From positions 1-64,000 of the IMG/VR virus record IMGVR_UViG_3300037991_001647: DNA of 64,000 bases; one strand, 5' to 3'. This document shows positions 57,256-64,000 of the stretch, piece after piece (the stretch's first letter is position 1; the number at the start of each line of letters is the position of its first letter). A model generated the notes under the pieces. It was not told where the DNA came from. It saw only the letters and a program-made list of their open reading frames with translations, and did no database searches. The stretch comes from an uncultured virus (IMG/VR IMGVR_UViG_3300037991_001647) (Duplodnaviria; Heunggongvirae; Uroviricota; Caudoviricetes). The position numbers and the translations under genes are program-made.

Positions 57256-60048
57256 TTAAAAATCAAATAAGTTAGTAAAAGTTTCTGATGCATTTGCATC
57301 ACTCAAATCCCATTTAAGAACACCTATTAAGTTTTGTAGTTTCTTATCAATAATTGTTGCTTCCATTTCTTCATCATCAAATGGGAGTTCTTGAAACCAC
57401 TGAGGAATTCTAGTTTCATCAATAGGATATGCCACACTAGTCATCTTCATATTGTTAGGTCTTAGTTTACAAACAATAGTTTTCATACCATCAACAATCT
57501 CTAATGCATACTTGTCTTGATGTAATTCTCTTAACAAGTTCCAATTGATTGCCGCCGATACGTGACCAGGCAAATGCACTTTATCTTTTTTACCTTCTTC
57601 TTCGCCTTCTAGTTTGAATTCTCTACTTTGTGACTTAGCAAGTTTACTAAGTTTATTTCTATACATTGTAATATTATTAACACGTTTAGGAGTACCTTTC
57701 TCCCAACCAGGCTTTGCTCTGAATTCTTTCTTAAACTCTTTGACCATATCAATAACATCTTCTTGTGTACCATCTGTTAGAATTTTAACAAGAACATCAC
57801 TTAAAAAGTTTTGCATATAGTCTGGAGTATCACTTCTTTTCAAGTCAAGACCCATTGCTTTAACCTTACCAGGTTTACCATCTACATCTTTTCTTACACC
57901 TTCATCATCATAGATTAACATTGCGTATCTTTTCTTTTTGATAAAGATTGCCATAGATGCCGCATTCTCTCGACCTGCTACAATAATCTCTCCTTGTTTA
58001 CGAGGACAATTAAAGAAGTCTTTCATAAAGTCAGGGAAACTTGTGTTGACTTGATTTGCTACTTCGTCATACAGTTCTACTACTCTTTCTTTTGACCATT
58101 CAATTTCACCAGCATCAATCTCTTTTTTGTATACAGGATACATTGAATAATAGATACTATCTGTATCTCCATATATAACTGCAGGACCTTTATAATCATA
58201 TGTTCCTTCAATTACTTCGTTTGTTTTAGAACCCATATGTCTTGTAATACAACGACCAGTTAGTGTTGTACTTTGACCAATACGTTTATCATAGAAACGA
58301 CAACCAGGATTTAAAATCGCACCATATAGTGAATTCAAGTTAATCTTTTTAACAAGTTGTCTTTTATCCCAGAATGCGATTTGTTCTTTATCGCCTTCTT
58401 CAATCGCTTTCTTTTTGTTTGCTTGTAATACTTTTCTTTCAGCATACCAACGTTCTAACAAACTTGGAATGATACCTTGTACATCTTGTCTGAATACTGT
58501 ACCATTGGCACTGATTGCCCAATCTAAATCTTTACTGAATACTAAATTATATAATTCAGCACCAGTCATATCTGCTTTTTCTCCAGTCTCTAGTAACAGA
58601 TTAATCTTTTCAGTTTTATCTTTTTCATTCATCAATCTAAATTCTTCTGCACTAAACGTATCTTCCCAAGCCTGAGCCGCTCCGAAACCTTTACTTCCAC
58701 CTCGTCTACCATTTGCAATTCTATCACCAATCAATTTATCTGTATGTGTTGGTTCTAGTTGTGCAACAATAGTTTCGGGACTCATATTTAATGCACGAAT
58801 AACTGAAGGATAAAGTGAATTGATATCAATACCTGCTACCCATCTTTGTATACCTGTCTTTGGATTTGCAACAAAGGCACCTGCCGCCTTTTGCTTTTCT
58901 GCTTCTTCTAGTTCTTCATCTGTTGGTTCTGAATCTTCTTCTCCCCAATCTTTCGCTTTTCTATCTGGCACAACCATCTTTCTACGATGTGCCTCATTTA
59001 TAATTGCTTGTTCTGTAACTGCAACTGCACCCATAGTTGTTTTGATATTAACTGTATTGTCGTGTGCAATCTCATTTGCTAAATCAATGAATTGTAATTT
59101 TTTATCTAAGTTGCCTAATAGTGCAACGTCTTGTCTGTTATATTCGATAAACTTATAAAAGTCTTTGTTGTATAAAGTATCTAATGTTCCTTCATACGCA
59201 ATTTTCTTTTCACCTAATTCATATTCACCAATAGTATCTAGTGAGTATGAATGCATTTCGTGATATGTATACTTACGATATAGTTCAAGATAGTCAAGAT
59301 GAATACGACCTGATAAGTCATATGTCACACTTTCTTTACCAAATCTAACTACACGCCTTTCGTGAGGAAGTAGATCCCATAAACAAAGTTTACGTGTATG
59401 AGACTTACTCATAATATTTGTAATACGTCTAACTGTATATGGAATATCGAAACCCTCTGAGTTCCAACCAGATAATACATCTGCATCATCAATCAATGCA
59501 ATGAAATCGTTTAACATATCTACTTCACTAAGATAGATAAACGTATCATCAAATCTACTTGCTAGTTCTTCTGCCTCTTTAAGACCTTCACCTTCACGCA
59601 TATGTTTTGGCGGGATAGCAAACGTAACAAGTTTATCTACCCATTGCAAATAAACTGTGATTGCAGTAATAGGCATAAAAGGATCCTCTGGAGGAGCAAA
59701 GCCTCTGTCTGCATCAAAGTCTACTTCGATATCAAAAAATGCACAATGAAGTTTCGGAGAGTCAACTCCGTTATAGTTTTCACTTAAACATCTTACTTCA
59801 GGTTTGATATCACTTTCGTAAAACTTTTTACCTGAGTTTATTCGTCTTTCTTTGTGAAGGTCTTTGAGTCTTTTACATTTGATTTGACGTACTTTATCAC
59901 CGTGTATACTTGTATGCTCTCCTCTTGGATCCTTTATATAAAAAGTTCTCCAAGCAGGAAAGTCATTGTATACACGTTTACCATTAATTCGTTCAACTAC
60001 TTGAACGATATCTTTTTCTTTGTTATAAAATGCGTCAACATAACTCAT
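57256..60048 (-). CDS. DNA polymerase, family B (T4 gp43-like)
   Basis: Exonuclease motifs FDIE, GWNSEGFDIPY and YNRQD. Polymerase motifs DINSLYPS, KINLNSLYG, YGDTDS and KKRY. Confidence 0.97.
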   Translation of the reverse strand: MSYVDAFYNKEKDIVQVVERINGKRVYNDFPAWRTFYIKDPRGEHTSIHGDKVRQIKCKRLKDLHKERRINSGKKFYESDIKPEVRCLSENYNGVDSPKLHCAFFDIEVDFDADRGFAPPEDPFMPITAITVYLQWVDKLVTFAIPPKHMREGEGLKEAEELASRFDDTFIYLSEVDMLNDFIALIDDADVLSGWNSEGFDIPYTVRRITNIMSKSHTRKLCLWDLLPHERRVVRFGKESVTYDLSGRIHLDYLELYRKYTYHEMHSYSLDTIGEYELGEKKIAYEGTLDTLYNKDFYKFIEYNRQDVALLGNLDKKLQFIDLANEIAHDNTVNIKTTMGAVAVTEQAIINEAHRRKMVVPDRKAKDWGEEDSEPTDEELEEAEKQKAAGAFVANPKTGIQRWVAGIDINSLYPSVIRALNMSPETIVAQLEPTHTDKLIGDRIANGRRGGSKGFGAAQAWEDTFSAEEFRLMNEKDKTEKINLLLETGEKADMTGAELYNLVFSKDLDWAISANGTVFRQDVQGIIPSLLERWYAERKVLQANKKKAIEEGDKEQIAFWDKRQLVKKINLNSLYGAILNPGCRFYDKRIGQSTTLTGRCITRHMGSKTNEVIEGTYDYKGPAVIYGDTDSIYYSMYPVYKKEIDAGEIEWSKERVVELYDEVANQVNTSFPDFMKDFFNCPRKQGEIIVAGRENAASMAIFIKKKRYAMLIYDDEGVRKDVDGKPGKVKAMGLDLKRSDTPDYMQNFLSDVLVKILTDGTQEDVIDMVKEFKKEFRAKPGWEKGTPKRVNNITMYRNKLSKLAKSQSREFKLEGEEEGKKDKVHLPGHVSAAINWNLLRELHQDKYALEIVDGMKTIVCKLRPNNMKMTSVAYPIDETRIPQWFQELPFDDEEMEATIIDKKLQNLIGVLKWDLSDANASETFTNLFDF

Positions 60049-60308
60049 TAAAGAGTTCTACCTACTGTATGTAATACCTGTTCTACGTCATCAAACTCTT
60101 GTTTTGATTCTTGTAGTTTTGATTTGTGTGCGATTGTTATTGCTTTATTTAGTACACTAGGTTTGATATCAAACTCATCTGCGATTGCTTTCACAGTATC
60201 ACGTAAACCACCTTTAAGGTCGTCTACTTCTTGTAGTACGTTCATACCTTCGTCTACTAATTGCTTTAGTCTTGCTTTGTCCTCTGAACTTAGATTGTCT
60301 ATTGACAT
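60048..60308 (-). CDS. small helical protein, possibly T4 DsbA-like dsDNA-binding protein
   Basis: 86 aa, LKQLVDEG...LRDTVKAIA.E..IKP..L.KAI. Strong AGGAGG RBS, coupled to the polymerase. Confidence 0.55.
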   Translation of the reverse strand: MSIDNLSSEDKARLKQLVDEGMNVLQEVDDLKGGLRDTVKAIADEFDIKPSVLNKAITIAHKSKLQESKQEFDDVEQVLHTVGRTL

Positions 60309-60329
60309 ATAAAATCACCTCCTTATATT

Positions 60330-60359
60330 AAAAAAGAGTGCCCTATTTCTAGAACACTC
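60330..60359 (-). terminator. Rho-independent terminator-like hairpin
   Basis: GAGTGTTCTA-GAAA-TAGGGCACTC-TTTTTT on the - strand. Confidence 0.75.
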
Positions 60360-60363
60360 CTTA

Positions 60364-60392
60364 ATAATACATTATGTGACTTTGAAAGTCAA
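60364..60392 (-). promoter_or_regulatory. sigma70-type promoter upstream of the polymerase operon
   Basis: TTGACT-N17-TATTAT, containing a TGACTTT-N-AAAGTCA palindrome. Confidence 0.6.
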
Positions 60393-60395
60393 TAC

Positions 60396-62327
60396 TTATT
60401 TTTGATTTAACTCGTTTATTTTTTGTGCTAAAGCATCAATCTTTTCTAAATCAGAGTCATTTAAGTCTGACATACGTTTTGGATCTGATTTAAGTTTGAT
60501 TTTCTTACCGCCTACTTCAATAGTATCGCCTTTTTTCTTGCCTGCTTTAGCGGCCGCATCTAGAGCCTGATAGAAATCATTGTACTCTGACATAACAATT
60601 TTTGCTGACCTTGATACAATCTCATCTGCAACTTTGTCTGCGTTAAATACTTTCTTGGTACTCATTGGACCTCCTGCTTGACCTATTTGACCTTTAACAA
60701 AGTTAACTGCCTTCTTAGCAAGATTTAGTCCACCTTTGCCTTTCTGCACTGCTCCACCGATTTTATCACCAATGTTACTTGCAGTTCTGGCCATACCTAC
60801 TGCTTTTCTTTTATCCATTCCTTTTGAAATAGCATATTCGGCTCCTAACTTTGCTACGTTACCAATCTTGCCTTCTTTCATAGCACCTAAGGCAAAGTCA
60901 GCAATCTTTAACATACCTGCTTTTGTCTTTAGCATATTATCAATTTTTTCTTTGTTAGCATCGTTAACTTTATCATAAACTTGTGATACCGCTGATGCAG
61001 TAAATAAGTCTACTTTCATTTGACCATCATCAAATTTAACAGGCATATTTTGTTTGTCTGCTACAATTTTCTTGATAGTATCCATTGCACCTTCTTCAAT
61101 CGCTACTGATTCCTCAGTATGTAAATGTGCATCAACACCTGAAGTGCCTTTTAATTTTTTCATTTCAGCATACTTTTTAGCCGCCTCGTAAGAAGTTTTT
61201 GCTTTAACTTCTTCTTTGCCGTGCTTTGCGTGAACAACTGTATATGTATGTTCTTCTGCCTCTACTAGACCCATTTCTTTTGCAATCTTGTAACGTAACT
61301 TGTCTGCATCACCTGGTTCCATATCAGCACTACCTCTACGTCTTGCTTCCATATCAATCTTACTTGCATTTTCTTTGCCAAGTTTTTCTATGTCGCTGAA
61401 ACCCATTCTGCTTTCACGCATTTCACTTGATGTTTCCATACTTGCTACGCCATCTTTTTGCATACCTTGTTCTGTAAAGTCAACATTCATTTTAACCATT
61501 TTTGAAATTTCTTTTGCAAAACCTGAATCTGTATAGATAGTCCAAGGACCGTCGTGTGTTACATCTACTTTTCTGTAACCATCATCTTCATCACCGTGTA
61601 NNNNNNNNNNTAGAAATCCACCTGGCTCAAAAGGGTTTTCAACTTCAATCTTTGATACTTTAACAGACTTTGGATTATTTCCTTCTTTATCCCAAATACT
61701 GTCACCTGCTAAAGGAACTTCTTTTGCAGGGATTGACATAGTTGTTTCTGGTTCTTCCTTAATACCCATCTTTTTTGCTTCGTCTTCTAATTCTGCTTTT
61801 CTACGCATAACTTCTTTTTTAAGTTTTTCGTCTTTATGAGTGTTTGGATCCATTTGAATATCTTGCAATGCTTTTTTCTTGGCCATATAATCTTCTTTGT
61901 CCTTGAGAGATGTCGAGTGTGAAGATTCTTCTACGCCTTCTTCTTTATTATTCATTACTGCATCGTAATCTGCCATTTCTTGTTCATCTGGCATTTCTTC
62001 TGCACTTGGTGTATCCATATCCATTGCTGGTTCTTCTGGACCCATATCCATATCACTTGGTGATTCTGGATCTAATGCTGGCTCATCTGATGCCGCACCT
62101 AATTCTAATGTGTGCATTCTAGCCGCTAGACTATCAGTCATACGTTCATACGCCTCATAGGATTTATTGTGTTGATTAGAAAATGTTAATGCCAAATCGT
62201 GAATTGCATCACGGGCATTTTTACCTGATTCAAGTTCTTGTTTGAGTTGTTCTGTAGAACGATTTAGGTAATCTTCAAACTCATCATTTGAGATTACAAA
62301 GTTCTCAGTTAATTGTGTAAGTTTCAT
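60396..62327 (-). CDS. large acidic/lysine-rich modular protein, probable internal head protein (spans an N gap)
   Basis: N-terminal MKLTQLTE and short modules separated by Glu-rich linkers. Continuity across the gap at 61601-61610 is not certain. Confidence 0.5.
   Translation of the reverse strand: MKLTQLTENFVISNDEFEDYLNRSTEQLKQELESGKNARDAIHDLALTFSNQHNKSYEAYERMTDSLAARMHTLELGAASDEPALDPESPSDMDMGPEEPAMDMDTPSAEEMPDEQEMADYDAVMNNKEEGVEESSHSTSLKDKEDYMAKKKALQDIQMDPNTHKDEKLKKEVMRRKAELEDEAKKMGIKEEPETTMSIPAKEVPLAGDSIWDKEGNNPKSVKVSKIEVENPFEPGGFLXXXXHGDEDDGYRKVDVTHDGPWTIYTDSGFAKEISKMVKMNVDFTEQGMQKDGVASMETSSEMRESRMGFSDIEKLGKENASKIDMEARRRGSADMEPGDADKLRYKIAKEMGLVEAEEHTYTVVHAKHGKEEVKAKTSYEAAKKYAEMKKLKGTSGVDAHLHTEESVAIEEGAMDTIKKIVADKQNMPVKFDDGQMKVDLFTASAVSQVYDKVNDANKEKIDNMLKTKAGMLKIADFALGAMKEGKIGNVAKLGAEYAISKGMDKRKAVGMARTASNIGDKIGGAVQKGKGGLNLAKKAVNFVKGQIGQAGGPMSTKKVFNADKVADEIVSRSAKIVMSEYNDFYQALDAAAKAGKKKGDTIEVGGKKIKLKSDPKRMSDLNDSDLEKIDALAQKINELNQK
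61601..61610. other. assembly gap (10 N)
   Basis: Run of 10 N. Confidence 1.
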
Positions 62328-62566
62328 TTTGCATCTCTCTTTATCATAGGACTCTTAACAGGTTTGTTATATACTAAATTTCCAACACTTGGACTAAAAC
62401 CCATTGCATATTCCTTTTGTTTCTTTTTCTTTTTAGGTGTCAAATAACCGAAAGGGTCTACAGCCTTTCTGGCATCTTTAGCCTTTGTTCCTGGTGTCAT
62501 AGGAAATACGACACTTGAAAAGTTACCAGAAACTATGCTTTCACCTAAAATATCAAATATTTTCAT
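62324..62566 (-). CDS. small basic protein, probable late/virion protein
   Basis: Starts MKIFDILGE at ATG 62566, 5 nt after GATAAATA. Confidence 0.6.
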   Translation of the reverse strand: MKIFDILGESIVSGNFSSVVFPMTPGTKAKDARKAVDPFGYLTPKKKKKQKEYAMGFSPSVGNLVYNKPVKSPMIKRDAK

Positions 62567-62571
62567 AATAC

Positions 62572-62579
62572 TATTTATC
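62572..62579 (-). promoter_or_regulatory. late-promoter-like GATAAATA
   Basis: GATAAATA-gtatt-ATG. Confidence 0.55.
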
Positions 62580-62586
62580 AAATTAA

Positions 62587-63927
62587 TTAGATTTTATCCC
62601 ACTTGGAAACAATGTTTTCGCCATCTTCTATTAATTCGTGATAATGTGGGAAATGTTCAGCAAAAGATATCTTTCTTCTATCTTCTAATTTCTTGAATTG
62701 TATCCAGGCCTCGCCTTTAATATTAGGGTCTACAGGACTTTCTACAATAGATTTCATAGTTTCCATAAGTGACATATACTTTTCTTTTTGATACATATCT
62801 ACTTCCATAGAGTTTAAGAAGTCTATTTGTTCGTCTATTGCTTTTGCGTGATGAGGTTCCAATGCTGATACAGATAAATGAGCAGGATTATCTACCCAAT
62901 TACTGTGCATATGTATCTTATTTTTATAATTATGTAGTTTTAATTTATCATCAAGATATATTAAAAAATCTTTAAAATAAGGCAAACTTAAACTGTTATG
63001 GGCACAACCAAATCCAACTAATAGATTAGGTAATTCTTTCCCCTTTTCAAAAAACAAGTCTAAGTTTTTATCCCAAGTATCCCATATTAATCCCCACCTT
63101 ATAATTTCACTACGTTTTCCTATGGCCTCACCTGATATTTGCATATCATATATTATGTTTGGAGTTCTTTTAACAAGTTCTATGAACCTATCAAACTTAT
63201 GTCTTGGAAAATTCATATTAGTAGTAACTGTTATTACTACCTTTTGCTCTGACTTAGGATCCATCTTATCATTTATGTTTACCATAAATTCTTCAATAAA
63301 CTTATACATATGTTCAGTAAAGAATGGTTCTCCGCCTAATAGACTAAAGTTAACGTGTTCTCTATCTTTTAAAGAATGATCCCAATATGAATTCAATATC
63401 TTAATAACTTTATCAAATATCAAATCTTCTGTATCAGGAAATCTTTGACCTAATTCTTTTTGCCATCTTGTGCTAGACCCACCCCAACAATAAACACAAG
63501 CCATATTACATTTGTTTGTTAATTCTATTTCAATGAATTTCATATTATCAAATCTTCTCATCTTTTGATGAAAAGCAATTCTTTTTTTAGGGTGTTGTAA
63601 ACTTTTTCTTAAATCCCTTTTCATATGAAAATCATAATTTTTTGTGTATTCAGTTCTTACACTACGTCCACCTGCATCTTCTGATTTCCAACAGAAAGTA
63701 CAATCTTCACTACGTGTACCACCACTAAGTTCCCATTTTCTTCTTTGTAGCACAGGGTGATTAAAAAGAAAATCTTCTGTTAAGGTATCCAATGTAAATG
63801 TTGTTGCATCTTCATCTTTTTTATTCATTACAGTTTTACAACACCATTTTACATTTTTACGAGGTAAAGNNNNNNNNNNTTGTTCTAAGTAGTGTACTCG
63901 TGGATTAATGTTTTCGATGTTTGGCAT
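62587..63927 (-). CDS. radical SAM protein with N-terminal Cys cluster (spans an N gap)
   Basis: WCCK..CTFC, CNMACVYC, LLGGEPF, TTN. Confidence 0.85.
   Translation of the reverse strand: MPNIENINPRVHYLEQXXXXLPRKNVKWCCKTVMNKKDEDATTFTLDTLTEDFLFNHPVLQRRKWELSGGTRSEDCTFCWKSEDAGGRSVRTEYTKNYDFHMKRDLRKSLQHPKKRIAFHQKMRRFDNMKFIEIELTNKCNMACVYCWGGSSTRWQKELGQRFPDTEDLIFDKVIKILNSYWDHSLKDREHVNFSLLGGEPFFTEHMYKFIEEFMVNINDKMDPKSEQKVVITVTTNMNFPRHKFDRFIELVKRTPNIIYDMQISGEAIGKRSEIIRWGLIWDTWDKNLDLFFEKGKELPNLLVGFGCAHNSLSLPYFKDFLIYLDDKLKLHNYKNKIHMHSNWVDNPAHLSVSALEPHHAKAIDEQIDFLNSMEVDMYQKEKYMSLMETMKSIVESPVDPNIKGEAWIQFKKLEDRRKISFAEHFPHYHELIEDGENIVSKWDKI
63870..63879. other. assembly gap (10 N)
   Basis: Run of 10 N. 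Confidence 1.
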
Positions 63928-64000
63928 TACTTCTTTTTAGTCCTCAGTAGTTTCTTTGGAAACCCATCTTTATCTACATCATTACCAAACTTCTTCGCTT
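63927..64000 (-). CDS. C-terminal end of a hypothetical protein entering from the right edge
   Basis: ...AKKFGNDVDKDGFPKKLLRTKKK*, with TAATG coupling to the radical SAM start. Confidence 0.5.
   Translation of the reverse strand, partial: AKKFGNDVDKDGFPKKLLRTKKK

Noticed and set aside
57256..60048. Intein or intron in the DNA polymerase
   Set aside because: Length and motif spacing are normal. No C/S...HN splice motifs or LAGLIDADG blocks were seen.
231..63379. Numerous 60-120 aa ORFs on the opposite strand or in alternative frames of long genes
   Set aside because: Nested in well-supported CDSs, with no motifs or translation signals.
61601..63879. XXXX stretches in two proteins as biological features
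   Set aside because: They are 10-N scaffold gaps, so reading frames across them are unverified.
1..64000. Cellular chromosome origin, suggested by fabF, apt, rpiB, sbmA, folE and the permease
   Set aside because: These genes are interleaved with PolB, clamp-like, T4-type RNase H and phage-type hypothetical genes, with very tight packing and no ribosomal or other core cellular genes. No capsid or terminase gene is in the window, so phage identity remains an inference.
1..64000. Alternative genetic code, tRNA/rRNA genes or CRISPR array
   Set aside because: Genes are full length in the standard code with TAA, TAG and TGA all used as stops. No cloverleaf or regularly spaced repeat array was recognised by eye. 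tRNAscan was not run.

Overview
AT-rich, gene-dense 64 kb piece of a large dsDNA bacteriophage genome, probably marine and T4-superfamily-like. Two 10-N gaps indicate a scaffolded assembly. Phage identity is inferred from a family B DNA polymerase, a gp45-like clamp, a T4-type RNase H, thyA/dfr, a MoxR/VWA pair, (G)ATAAATA late-promoter-like motifs and the lack of cellular core genes. The window has two convergent arms. The + arm (about 0.3-26.6 kb) is a dense island of tailoring enzymes: eight radical SAM proteins, a carbamoyltransferase, a 7-repeat glycosyltransferase-like protein, methyltransferases, 2OG-Fe(II) oxygenases, SGNH-like proteins, a QueC-like protein and RpiB. A ninth, partial radical SAM gene diverges at the left edge. 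The - arm (26.6-64 kb) holds nucleotide metabolism and replication genes, SbmA, HtrA and probable internal head proteins. It also holds a five-gene acyl-AMP ligase / flavin halogenase / desaturase / GNAT / FabF cassette lying between MoxR and VWA, which share a near-identical 46-bp promoter. A 7-deazaguanine DNA-modification locus (TGT/DpdA-like, QueD-like, FolE, QueE) is interleaved with a glycosyltransferase, APRT and an NCS2 purine permease. No tRNA, rRNA or CRISPR array was seen. All product calls come from motif recognition by eye, not from database searches.
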